From NCBI GenBank assembly GCA_030390025.1, contig JASTWF010000033.1, positions 3,412,001 through 3,476,000 of the forward strand: a stretch of 64,000 bases of DNA, read 5' to 3'. Positions within the stretch are counted from its first letter, which is position 1. Every line of letters begins with the position of its first letter. Below the pieces are notes generated by a model that worked only from the letters and a program-made list of their open reading frames with translations, did no database searches and had not been told where the DNA came from. The DNA is from Squalus acanthias (Eukaryota). This document shows, piece by piece, positions 1 through 11,963 of this stretch. Position numbers and translations under genes: made by a program.

Positions 1-430
1 AGGATATTAGGTGGTGTGGGGAGGAGCTGAGGATATTAGGTGGGGTGGGGATGAGCTGAGGATATTAGGTGGGGCGGGGAGGAGCTGAGGATATTAGGTG
101 GGGTGGGGAGGAGCTGAGGATATTGGATGTGGTGGGGGGAGCTGAGGATATTAGGTGGGGTGGGGAGTAGCTGAGGATATTAGGTGTGGTGGGGAGGAGC
201 TGAATATATTAGGTGGGGTGGGGAGGAGCTGAGGATATTAGGTTTGGTGGTGAGGAGCTGAGGATATTAGGTGGGGTGAGGAGGAGCTGAGCATAATTGG
301 TGGGTTGGGGAGGACCTGAGGATATTAGGTGGGGTGGGGAGGAGCTGAGGATATTAGGTGGGGTGGGGATGAGCTGAGGATAATTGGTGGGTTAAGGAGG
401 AGCTGAGGATAAAAGGTGGGTTGGGGAAGA
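1..430. repeat. 29-bp G-rich minisatellite (GAGGATATTAGGTGGGGTGGGGAGGAGCT)n, ~14 copies, open at window start
   Basis: Tandem unit read directly from the sequence, with a few substitutions per copy. Confidence 0.95.
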
Positions 431-630
431 GTCGTGGTGACAAGTTGTTTTTCAGACTGGAGGGAGGTATACAGAAGTGTACCGTAGGAGTCGCTATTAG
501 AGTACTGCTATTTTTGATACATATTAATGACCTAGAGTTGGGTAAACACAACATCATTTTATAGTTTTCGAATTAAACGAAATTCTGAAATCCAGTACAC
601 AATGAGAAGGGCAGTAACAGAGTTCAGGAG

Positions 631-717
631 AAAAATGAGAAGTCGCACAACACCAGTTTATATTCTAACAGATTTATTTAAAATTACAAGCTTTCGGAGC
701 TGTCGCACCTTCCTCAG
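631..717 (-). mobile_element. Short Penelope-like terminal fragment with a minimal hammerhead-ribozyme-like core
   Basis: Minus strand reads CTGAGGA-AGGTGC-GACA-GCTCC-GAAA-GCTT, then AATAAA; GGAG flanks both sides (627-630, 718-721). Penelope assignment is from pattern recall, not a search. Confidence 0.55.
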
Positions 718-744
718 GGAGGACATGGACTGACTGGGCAAAAT

Positions 745-1140
745 AGGAACAATAGAAATAGGAGCAGGAGTAGGCGATTCGGGACTTCGAGCCTACTCCG
801 CCATTCAATACGTTCATGGCTGAACTTTGTTTAAAAACACATTGATGTAACATTTTCTAACAAACCCTCATTCCGGCATGTATCGTTATCTCATTACTCA
901 TTTTTCTGGTATATTTTGCATTCACAGAATAAATTATCAGTGTAACTTAAACAGACGCTAAATCCCACGTAAAACAGATCCTATGAAGCAAATTTGTCTG
1001 GGTCTTGACCCTCATAAAATGTTCTCAGGCTGCGGGTTCCGAGAGATTTATGAAGTCCGTGACCTGATGCTGCACTTCCCCGATGGAGTTTCTTTCCAAA
1101 TCCAATCCCTTCGCTTACAACATAAACCGAACTCTGATTC
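745..1140 (-). mobile_element. Insertion with a CR1-type 3' end (745-825) and an unidentified body; possible CR1-tailed SINE or chimera
   Basis: 745-825 resembles the CR1 3' UTRs at 3010-3080 and 19055-19125. AAAT at 741-744 and 1141-1144; the host CR1 resumes at 1141. Confidence 0.45.
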
Positions 1141-1984
1141 AAATGTGCAGACATATGGCAGATTAAATTTAACACAGAGAATTGTGAAGTGATGCATTTT
1201 GGTAGGATGAATGGGGAGATGCAATATGAAATAAATGGTACAATTTAAAAGTGAGTGTTGGTCAGAGAGACCTGAGGTGCATGTACACACATCTTTGATG
1301 GTGGCAGGACAAGTTGAGAAAGCTGTTAAAAAAGCATATGGGATTATTGTCTTTATTAATAGATCAATAGAGAACAAAAGCAAGGAATTCATGATAAAAC
1401 TTTATAGGCTTCAGTGGGAGTATTGTGTTCAATTCTGGCAACCAAACTTTAGGAAAGATATCAAGGCCTTGGAGCGTGAGCAGAAGAGATTGACCAGAAT
1501 GGTACCAGGGATGAGCAACTTCAGTTATGTGGAGAGACTGGAGAAGCTGGGGTTGTTCTCCTTCTACCAGTGAAGTTTTAGAGGAGATTTGATAGCGGTG
1601 TTCAAAATCTTAAATTGATTTGACAGAGTAAATAAGGAGCAACTGTTTCCAGTGGCAGATATGTCTTTAAACAGAGGACACAGATTCAACGTGAGTGGCA
1701 AAAGAACCAGAGACGACATGAGGAGGCATTTTTATTTACAAAGCGAGTTGTTGTGATCTGGAATGTACTGCCTGAACGGGGGGTGCAAGCAGATACAATA
1801 GTAACATTCAAAAGGGATTTGGAAAATGTACTTGATGTAAAAAAAATACCGGGGAAAGAGCAGAGGAGTGGGATTAATTGGGTCCCTCTACCAAAGAGCT
1901 GGCACAGGCACAATGGGCCGAATGGGCACCTTCAGCGCTGTATCATTCTATGTTTCTATAATCACCTGCAATTTAGACAATAAG

Positions 1985-2987
1985 AAACTGAATGGGGCAG
2001 AAGAACAAAGGGATCTAGGGATAAAGGTGAACAAATAATTAAAATCAGTATCACAGGTCAGCAAAGCAATTCAAGTGCTAACAATGAACTGGGGTTTATT
2101 TCTAAGGCTATTGAATCAAAAGTAGTGACCTTGGCAGAAGGTGGGAAGTGGTGTTCCAGAAGGATCGGTGCTGGGATTACTCTTGTTCACCATTTACAGA
2201 AACAATTTGAACTCGAGAATCGGAAAGGCAATTTCAAAGTTTGTGGATGCCACCGAAATGGGGTTTATAGTTAATACAGAGGAAGACAGCGACAGAATAC
2301 AGGAAGACGTTAATAAAGGTGCAGAATGGGCTTCTAATTGGCAAAGGAATTTCATTAGAGAAGTGTGAGGGAGGGCATTTTAATAGGAAGAATGAGGAGG
2401 TCACATAATACTTGGAAAATAAGTGCCTAAATGGGGTTGTGGAGAAGAGAGTCGCGAGAGTACAGATACATAAGTAACTAAATATAGTGACACATGTTAA
2501 TAAGGCCTTAAAAAACAAAGAAAGCACTACGGTTCATTTCTAGAGGGATAGACTTGTAAAGCAGGAAGTTATGTTAAACTTGTATAGGACCTTGGTTAGA
2601 ACGCACTTAGAGTATTGCGAACATTTCTGGTCGCCATCTTATAAAATGGGCACAGAGGCACTGGAGAAGATGCAAAAGGATTTACTAGAATGATACCAGA
2701 ACTGAGAGGCTATACTTATCAGGAAAGATTGAACAGGCTGGGGCTCATTTCTTTAGCAAAGAGAAGACTGAGTGTTGATAAGCTAGAGATCTTTAAGAAT
2801 ATGAAAGGGTTTGATCGGGTAGATGTAGAGCAGGCGTTTCCACTTGCGGGAGAGACCAGAACTCTGGGCCATAGATTTAAAATTGTCACAAATAAATCCA
2901 AAAGGGAATTCAGCAGAAACCTCTTAACTCAGGGAGTAGTCAGAATGTGGAAATCGCTCCCACAAGGAGTAGTTGGTGTAAATAGAA
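1985..2987 (+). mobile_element. Degraded CR1 LINE fragments (element A, left part)
   Basis: SGVPEGSVLGLLLF, ISKFVD, YQERLNRLGL and TQGVVRMWKSLP RT C-terminal motifs; continues at 10017. Confidence 0.85.
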
Positions 2988-5732
2988 ACATAGAAACATA
3001 GAAACATAGAAAATAGGTACAGGAGTAGACCATTCGGTCCTTCGAGCCTGCACAGCCATTCAATGCGTTCATGGCTGAACATGCTACCTCAGTACCCCAT
3101 TCCTGCTTTCTCGCCATACCCCTTGATCCCCCTAGTTGTGAGTATTATATCTAACTCCCTTTTGAATATATTTAGCGAACTGGCCTCAACAACCTTCTGT
3201 GGTAGAGAATTCCACAGATTCACCACTCTCTGGGTGAAGAAGTTCCTCCGCATCTCAGTCTTACATGGCTTCCCCTTTATCCTTAGACTGTGAACACTGG
3301 TTTTAGTTTTCCCTAACATTGGAAACATTCTGCCCGCATCTAATTTGTCTAAACCAGTCAGGATTTTAAACGTCTCTATAAGATCCCCCCTCATTCTTCT
3401 GAACTCCAGAGGATACAAGTTCAGTTGATCCAGTCTTTCTTGATATGTCAGTCTGGCCATCCCAGGAATCAATCTAGTGAACATTCGTTACACTCCCTCA
3501 ATAGCAAGAATGTCCTTCCTCAAGTTAGGAGACCAAAACTGCACACAATACTCCAGGTGTGGCCTCACCAAGGCCCTGTACAACTGTAGCATCACCTCCC
3601 TACTCCTGTACTCAAATCCCCTTGCTATGAATGCCATCATGCCATTTGCTTTCTTGACTGCCTGCTGCACTTGCCTTCCCACCTTCAGTGACTGATGTAC
3701 CATGACGCCCAGGTCTCGTTGCACCTCCCCTTTCCCTAATCTGCCACCATTCAGGTAATAGTCTGCCTCCCTATTTTTACCACCAAAGTGGATAACCTCA
3801 CATTTATCCACATTGTACTTCATCTGCCATACATTTGCCCATTCACCCAACCTGTCCAAGTCACTCTGTAGCCTCCTAACATCCTCCTCATTGTTCACAC
3901 TGCCTCCCAATTTAGTGTCATCCGCAAATTTGGAGATATTACAATTAATCCCTTCGTCCAAATCATTAATATATATGTTAGCAACTGGGGCCCCAGCACC
4001 GAACCCTGCGGTACCCCGCTGGTCACTGCCTGCCATTCTGAAAAGTACCCATTTACTCCTGCTCTTTGTTTCCTGTGTGCCAACCAGTTCTCAATCCATG
4101 TCAACACATTACCCCCAATCCCATGTGCTTTAACTTTGCACACCAATCTCTTGTGTGGGACCTTGTCGAAGGCCTTCTGAAATTCCAAATGCACCACATC
4201 TACTGGTTCCCCCCCGTTCACCCTATTGGAAACATCCTCCAAAAATTCCAGAAGATTTGTCAAGCATGATTTCCCTATCATAAATCCATGCTGACTTGGA
4301 CCTATCATGTCACCACTTTCCAAATGGTCTATTATGACATCTTTAATAATTGATTCCATCATTTTACCCACCACCGATGTCAGGCTGACAGGTCTATAAT
4401 TCCCTGCTTTCTCCCTCCCTCCTTTTTTAAAAAGAGGGGTTACATTAGCCACCATCCACTCCTTCGGAACTGATCCAGAGTCTAAGGAATGTTGGAAAAT
4501 GATCGTCAATGCATCCACTATTTCCAAGGCCACCTCCTTAAGTACTATGGGATGCAGACCATCAGGCCCTGAGGATTTATCAGCCTTCAGTCCCATCAAT
4601 TTCCCCAACACCTTTTCCCGACTGATAAGGATTTCCCTCAGCTCCTCCCTCTTACCAGATCCTTTGATCTCTTTTATTTCCGGAAGGTTGTTTGTGTCCT
4701 CCACAGTAAACACCGAACCAAAGTACTTGTTCAATTGATCTGACATTTCTTTGTTCCCCATTATGACTTCCCCTGTTTCTGACTGCAGGGGACCTACGTT
4801 TGTTTTTACTAACCTCTTTCTTTTTACATATTTATAGAAGCTTTTGCAGTCCGTTTTAATGTTCACCGCAAGCTTCCTTTCATATTTTATTTTCCCTGCC
4901 CTAATCAAACCCTTCGTCCTCCTCTGCTGAGTTTTAAAGTTCTCCCAGTCCCCGGGTTTGCTGCTACTTCTGGCCAATTTGTATGCCACTTCCTTGCTTT
5001 TAGTACAATCCCTGATTTCCCTTGTTAGCCATGGTTGAGCCACCTTCCCTTTTTAATTTTTAACCAGACAGGGATGTACAATTGCTGTAGTCCATCCATG
5101 CGATCTCTAAATGTCTGCCATTGCCCTTCCACTGATAACCCCTTAAATATCGCTTGCCAATCTAACCTCGCCAATTCACGCATCATACCCTCAAAGTTGC
5201 CCTTATTTAAGTTCTGGACCATGGTCTCTGAATTAACTGTTTCCTTCTCCATCCTAATGTAGAACTCCACCATACTATGGTCACTCTTCCCCAAGGGGCC
5301 TCGCACCACAAGATTGCTGATTAGTCCTTCCTCATTACACAACACCCAGTCCAGGATGGCCTCCCCTCTAGTTGGTACCTCAACATATTGTTTTAGGAAA
5401 CCATCCCTTAAACACTCTAGGAAATCGTCCTCCACCGTATTGCTTCCAGTTTGAGTAGCCCAATCTATATGCATATTAAAGTCACCCATGATAACTGCTG
5501 TGCCTTTTTTGCACGCACCTCTGATTTCCTGTTTCATACCCTCCCCGACCTCACTACTACTGTTTGAGGTCTGTACACAACCCCCACTAACGTTTTCTGC
5601 CCTTTGGTGTTCTGCAGCTCAACCCATATTGATTCCACATCCTCCAAGCTAATGTCCTTCCTAGCTATTGCATTAATCTCCTTTTTAACCAGCAATGCTA
5701 CCCCACCCCCTTTTCCTTTTATTCTATCCTTC

Positions 5733-8616
5733 AGACAGGAAGATGGCTTGAAGTGTGTCTACTTCAATGCAAGGAGCATCCGGAAAAAGGTAGGAGAACT
5801 TGGAGCGTGGATTGGTACTTGGGACTACGATGTGGTGGCCATTACGGAGACATGGTTAGAACAGGGACAGGAATGGTTGTTGGAAGTTCCGGGGTATAGA
5901 TGTTTCAGTAAGAGTAGGGAAGTTGGTAAGAAAGGTGGAGGAGTAGCATTGTTAATCAAGGGTAGTTTAACAGCGGCAGAAAGGCAGTTCGAGGGGGATC
6001 TGCCGTCTGAGGTAATATGGGCTGAAGTTAGAAATAGGAAAGGAGCGGTCACGTTGTTAGGAGTTTTCTACAGGCCCCCAAATAGTAATAGAGATGTGGA
6101 GGAAGAAATTGCAAAGCAGATTATGAATAGGTGTGGAGGTCACAGAGTAGTTGTCATGGGTGACTTCAACTTTCCAAATATTGATTGGAACCTTTATAGG
6201 TCAAACAGTTCGGATAGGATAGTTTTTGCACAGTGTGTGCAGGAGGGTTTCCTGACACAATATGTGGATAGGCCGACAAGAGGTGGGGCCACGTTGGATT
6301 TGGTACTGGGTAATGGACCGGACCAAGTGTTTGATTTGTATGTGGGAGAGCACTTTGGAGATAGTGACCACAATTCGGTAACTTTCACGATTGCAATGGA
6401 GAGGTATAGGGCCATACGGCAGGGCAGGGTTTATAATTGGGGGAGGGGTAATTATGATGCGATTAGGCAAGAATTAGGGAGTATAAGATGGGAACAGAAA
6501 CTATCAGGGAAAGGCACAAACGAAAAGTGGAGCTTTTTCATGGAGCAATTACTGCGTGTCCTTGATAGGTATGTCCCTGTCAGGCAGGGAGGAAATGGCC
6601 GAGTGAGAGAACCATGGTTCACAAAAGAGGTTGAATGTCTAGTCAAGAGGAAAAAGGAAGCGTATGTAAGGATGAGAAAACAAGGTTCAGTTGGGTCGAT
6701 TGAGGGGTACAAGGTAGCAAGGAATGAGCTAAAAAAAGAGCTTAGGAGAGCTAGGAGGGGGCATGAGAAGTCCTTGGCGGGTCGGATCAAGAAAAACCCC
6801 AAGGCTTTTTACTCTTATGTGAGAAATAAAAGAATGACCAGGGTGAGGGTAGGGCCGGTCAAGGACAGTAGTGGGAACTTGTGCACGGAGTCAGAAGAGA
6901 TAGGAGAGGTGATGAATGTATACTTTTCGTCAGTGTTCACCGAGGAGAGGGGCCATGTTCTTGAGGATGAGAGTGTGATAAAGGTGGATAGGCTGGAGGT
7001 GGTAGATGTTCTGAGGGAAGATGTTTTAGCAATTTTGATGAACCTGAGGGTCGATAAGTCCCCTGGGCCAGATGGGATATATCCTAGGATTCTTTGGGAG
7101 GCAAGGGAGGAGATTGCAGAGCCTCTGGCTTTGATCTTTGGGTCCTCACTGTCCACGGGGATGGTGCCAGAGGACTGGAGAGTGGCGAATGTTGTTGCTC
7201 TCTTCAAGAAAGGAAATAGGAATGACCCTGGTAATTATAGGCCGGTTATTCTTACTTCGGTGGTTGGTAAGATAATGGAAAAGGTCCTGAGGGATAGGAT
7301 TTATGACCATTTGGAAAGGGGCAACTTAATCAGGGATAGTCAACACGGATTCGTGAAGGGTAAGTCTTGCCTAACAAATTTGATTGAATTCTTTGAGGAG
7401 GTAACTAAGTGTGTAGATGAAGGTAGAGCAGTTGATGTCGTATACATGGATTTTAGTAAGGCGTTTGATAAGGTTCCCCATGGTCGTCTCATGAAGAAAG
7501 TAAGGAGTTGTGGGATAGAGGGAAATTTGGCCGATTGGATAAGTAACTGGCTATCTCATAGAAGGCAGAGGGTGGTGGTGGATGGAACATTTTCGGACTG
7601 GAGACCAGTTACCAGCGGTGTGCCACAGGGGTCGGTGCTGGGTCCTCTGCTGTTTGTGATTTTTATCAATGACTTGGAGGAGGGGACTGAAGGGTGGATC
7701 AGTAAATTTGCTGATGACACCAAGATTGGTGGAGTAGTGGATGAGGTGGAGGGCAGTTTTAGGCTGCAAAGAGACATTGATAGGATGCAGAGCTGGGCCG
7801 AAAAATGGTAGATGGAATTTAACCCTGATAAGTGCGAGGTGATTCATTTTGGTAGGGCAAATTTGAATAAGGATTACAGGGTCAACGGCAGGGTTCTGAG
7901 GAACGTGGAGGAGCAGAGGGATCTGGGGGTTCATATCCACAGATCTCTGAAGGTTGCCACTCAAGTGGATAGAGCAGTAAAGAAGGCCTATGGTGTGTTG
8001 GCGTTTATTAACAGAGGGTTTGAGTTTAAGAACCGTGAGGTTATGCTGCAACTGTACAGGACCTTGGTAAGACCACATTTGGAATATTGTGTGCAGTTCT
8101 GGTCACCTCACTATAGGAAGGACGTAGAAGCATTGGAAAGAGTGCAAAGGAGATTTACCAGGATGCTGCCTGGTTTGGGGGGGAGGTCTGATGAGGAAAG
8201 ATTGAGGGAGTTGGGGCTTTTCTCTTTAGAGCGGAGGAGGATGAGAGGCGACTTAATAGAGGTTTATAAGATGATGAGGGGGATAGATAGAGTGGATGTT
8301 CAGAGACTATTTCCTCGGTTAGAGGCAGCTGTTACAAGGGGGCATAACTATAAGGTGCATGGGGTGAGATATAGAAGGGATGTCCGAGGTAGATTCTTTA
8401 CTCAGAGAGTGGTTGGGGTGTGGAATGGACTGCCTGCTGTGATAGTGGAGTCGGACACTTTAGGAACTTTCAAGCGGTTATTGGATAAGCACATGGAGCA
8501 CACCAGAGTGATAGGGAGTGTGATAGCTTGATCTTGGTCTCGGACAATGCTCGGCACAACATCGAGGGCCGAAGGGCCTGTACTGTGCTGTACTGTTCTA
8601 TGTTCTATGTTCTATG
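5733..8616 (+). mobile_element. CR1 LINE (element C), 5'-truncated at the start of ORF2, young
   Basis: Continuous APE-RT ORF2 to 8531 with one TAG; 3' hairpin GGCCGAAGGGCC and (TTCTATG)3 tail at ~8596-8616. Confidence 0.95.
5736..8531 (+). pseudogene. CR1 element C ORF2, intact except for one in-frame TAG (7809-7811)
   Basis: [58 protein letters not shown] replaces the conserved W-Q-M and both ORF halves share one frame. Confidence 0.9.
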
Positions 8617-8950
8617 AATGTTGAATACCCCTGGAGATTCAGTTCCCAGCCTTGATTGTTCTGGAGCCACGTCTCTGTAATCCCAATCACATCATATCCG
8701 TTAACATCAATTTGCACAGTCAATTCATCCACCTTATTACGGATACTCCTTGCATTAAGACACAGAGCCTTTAGCCTTGTTTTATTAACACCCTTTGTCC
8801 TTTTAGACTTATGATTTAGTATGGCCCTTTGTGTTTCTTGCCTTTGTTTACTCGGATTTCCCTTATTGTTTCTCACCCTTCTAACATTTGTTTCTGACTG
8901 CAAATTACTTCCCCCTGTTTCGCTACATAGGTTCCCATTCCCCTGCCATA

Positions 8951-9895
8951 TTAGTTTAAATCCTCCCGAACTGCCTTAGCAAATATTACCCCGAGGACAT
9001 CGGTTCCAGTCCTGCCCAAGTGCAGACCGTCCCTTTTGTACAGGTCCCACTTCCCCCAGAACTGGATCCAATGCCTCAGGTATTTGAATCCCTCCCTACT
9101 GCACCACTGCTCAAGCCACGTATTTAATCTCGCTATCCTGTTCATGCTACTCTGATTAGCACGTGGCACTGGTAGCAACCCAGAGATTACTACCTTTGAG
9201 GTCCTACTTTTCAATTTAGCTCCTAGCTCCCTAAATTCTGCTTGTAGGACCTCTTCCCGCTTTTTACCTATATCGTTGGTACCTACATGCACCACGACAG
9301 CTGGCTCTTCACCCTCCCTTTCCAGAATGTTCGGCAGCCGCTCCGAGACATCCTTGACCCTTGCACCAGGGAGGCAACATACCATCCTGGAATCTCGGTT
9401 GCGGCCACAGAAACTCCTGTCTATTCCCCTTACAATTGAGTCCCCTATCACTATAGCTCTGCCACTCTTTTTCCCGCCCTGCTGTGCAGCAGAGCCAGCC
9501 ATGGTGCCATGAACCTGGCTGCTGGTGCCTTCCCCTGGTAGTTAATTTCCCCCAACAGTATCCAAAACGGTATATCTGTTTTGGAGGGAGACGACCGCAG
9601 GGGACTCCTGCACTACCTTCCTGATATTGCCCTGCCTCTTGGACACCCATTTACTTTCTCACCTAGCCTTTACCCACGGTGTGTTCAACTCACTAAATGA
9701 GTAATCCACAAAGTTCTCGGCATCGTGGATGCTCCAGAGTGAGTCCATCCGCAGCTCCAGCGCCGCCATGCGGTCCGTCAGGAGCTGCAGCTGGACGCAC
9801 TTCCTGCACACATAGTTGTCAGGGACACTGGAAGTGTCCCTGATTTCCCACATAGCACAGGAGGAGCACGACACGGTTCCGAGATTTCCTGCCAT
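8951..9895 (-). pseudogene. CR1 element B ORF1: N-terminal CxxC...CxxC zinc-finger/leucine-zipper region and SGNH/GDSL esterase-like domain, disrupted
   Basis: CSSC...CRKCVQLQLL at 9895-9659; IVIGDSIVRG, CLPGA, VHVGTND, DGLHL at 9502-8951. Confidence 0.88.
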
Positions 9896-10016
9896 GACTT
9901 AACCCTTATATTACTTTATTATGTTAAGTCCCTGAAAACAAAATATAAATCGAACCTACCTTTTAAATTCCCTCTACCCCTAAAGGTTAGAGGAGGTGGT
10001 GGGTTGGAGACACTAC

Positions 10017-10188
10017 TAGAATAGATACATTTAAGGGGAAGCGAGATAAGCACATGAGGGAGAAAGGAATAGTGAATATTGTGACTTGGTTAGATGAAGG
10101 AGGGTGGGAGGGGGCTCGGGTGGAGCACGAACACCGACATGGACATTGTGAGCCGAATGGCCTGTCTCTGTACTGTAAATACATTGTA
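10017..10188 (+). mobile_element. CR1 element A, right part (ORF2 end and 3' UTR)
   Basis: ATAGATACATTTAAGGGGAAG continues the sequence broken at 2987; ends with GCCGAATGGCCTGT hairpin. Confidence 0.8.
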
Positions 10189-11620
10189 AGTTGTGTTAAA
10201 GTTGTATAGGATTTGTCTCACTTAGAGAACTGTGCATAGTTATGGTTTCCATAATACAAAAACGCTACAGAATTACTGGAGAAAGTGCAAGAAATATTTA
10301 CAATAATAATTTGCATTTATATAGCGTCTTCAAAGTAGTGAAACATCCCAAGGCGCTTCATAGGACGTTATCAAACAGAACTTGACACCAAGCCACATAA
10401 GGAGATATTAGGAAAGATGAACAAAATATTGTTCAAATAGGTAAGTTTTAAGGAGCATGATAAAAGGAGGAGCGAGAGCTTGAGAGGCAGAGACGTTTAG
10501 GGAGGGGATCCCAGAGCTTTGGGCCCAGGCAGCTGAAGGCACGGCCCCCAATGGCGGAGCGGTTAAAATCGGGCCTGTGCACGATGCCGGATTTGGAGGA
10601 GTCCAGAGATGTCGTGGGGAGGGGTGGGGTGGGGGGAGGAGTCTCAGAGCTGGTGGAGGTTTTAGAGATAGGGAGGCCATGTAAAGATTTGAAAACAAGC
10701 AAGATAATTTTAAAATTGAGACTTTGCCGGAATGGGAGCCAATGTAGGTCAGCGACCGCAGTGGTGGTATGTGAACGGCTCTTGGTGTGAGTTAGGACAC
10801 GGGCAGCAGAGTTTTGGATTAGCTGAAGTTTATGGACGGTTGGAGATGGGATGCCGGCCAGAAGAGCCTTGGAGTAGTCAAGTCTAGAGCGAGCAAAAGT
10901 GATGGATGAACGTTTGATGAACAGATGAACTGGGGCAGGTGTGGAGTTTAGCTATGTTACGGAGGTGGAAGTTGGCTGTCCTGGTGATGGAGTGGATATG
11001 TGGTCGGAAAATCACCCTGCGGTCAAATACCACACCAAGGTTGTGAATGGTCTAGTTCAGCCTTAGACAGTTGCCAGGGACAGGGATGGAGTCGCTGGCT
11101 AGACAACGGAGTTTGTGGTGGGAGCCAATGGCTTCGGTCTTACAAATACTTCGTTGGACGGCACCAGAACTGAGAGTTTACAGCCACCAGAAAGATTGAA
11201 CAGGCTGGGTCTTTCAGCTTTAGGAGAAAGTCGACACAGAGAAGGCCTGATAGAGTTCTTGAAAATTATAAATATTTTGAACAATTAATGTGGATAGAAT
11301 GATTACACTTGTGGTAGAATCCAAAACTAGAGGGCCATAAATGTTAGAAAAATACTAATAAATGCAACAGGGAAATAAGGAGCAATTCCATTTATCAGAG
11401 AGTGAATAGAATGTGGAATTAATTACCATAGGGAGTGGTTCAGTCAAATAGCTTAGATGCTATCAAAGGGAAATTAGACGAGTGAATGAGAGAAAAGGGA
11501 ACAGAAAGAAATGCTGAGAGGCTGAGATGAGGAAGATACAATAGGAGGAGACTCGTGGGGAGCATAAACATCAGAAAAGTCTAGTTGAGTCGAATGAAGT
11601 TTTTTAGCTGTACATTCGAT
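10189..11620 (+). mobile_element. Degraded CR1 3' fragment, split by an L2 insertion (10302-11160)
   Basis: GGAGAAAGTGCAAGAAATATTTACA resumes as GCACCAGAACTGAGAG...GATTGAACAGGCTGGG at 11161; similar to 2560-2980 and 10021-10185. Confidence 0.75.
10302..11160 (-). mobile_element. L2-clade LINE 3' fragment
   Basis: LVFKSLHGL...[19 protein letters not shown]-terminal motif; 3' end GAAGCGCCTTGGGATGTTTCACTAC...GCTATATAAATGCAA plus (ATT)n on the minus strand. Confidence 0.8.
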
Positions 11621-11963
11621 GCAATGTGATCCTCTGAACGGCAGCTCAGCTCAGCTCTGTCTGTCTGCCTATTGAAGAGGATCTTACTCTGGAAGCTGCA
11701 AATGAATTGCTGCACTCAATAGCTGAAGTGACTCATTACAGAAGAGCTCAGACAGAATGCAACAAATTAGTGGTCCTGTCCCGAAAGTCAATCTGGGAAC
11801 TGTCAGTCAGATATAGTGCCGTGTCCTAAACAGAGTGTTTGCCCCGCCGCCGGTTGTATTTTCAGATCACCAGCGGTTCCTGATGTAATTCAGTTGCTGG
11901 ACGTCTGGGGCTAAATATTAATGTCCTGGACTGGAAACACTGGGACCCGCCTCTGGGCTGCGC

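Larger units (their letters stand above)
450..1962 (+). mobile_element. Degraded CR1 LINE 3' portion (RT C-terminus and 3' UTR), interrupted at 631-717 and 745-1140
   Basis: ORF fragments EYCVQFW...LEREQKRLTRMVPG...YVERLEKLGLFS and IWNVLPE; 3' hairpin GGGCCGAATGGGC and TTCTATG-type tail at ~1915-1960. The RT reading AGTTCAGGAG|GACATGGAC...AAAT|GTGCAGACATATGGCAG rejoins across both insertions. Confidence 0.85.
3089..8903 (-). pseudogene. CR1 element B ORF2 (endonuclease-reverse transcriptase), frameshifted and split by an insertion at 5733-8616
   Basis: LNARSIRNK, ITETWL, GDFN, SDH endonuclease motifs; [38 protein letters not shown] motifs. Confidence 0.92.
2988..10016 (-). mobile_element. 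Near full-length CR1 LINE (element B): ORF1, APE-RT ORF2 and 3' tail; interrupted by element C
   Basis: (TTTCTATG)n tail at ~2983-3011; ORF2 segments 8903-8617, 5732-5025, 5043-3895, 4036-3488, 3484-3089; ORF1 9895-8951; TAGAA repeated at both junctions. Confidence 0.93.

Noticed and set aside
5604..5735. N-terminal extension of the 735-aa ORF
   Set aside because: It is the antisense strand of host element B, in frame with element C by chance.
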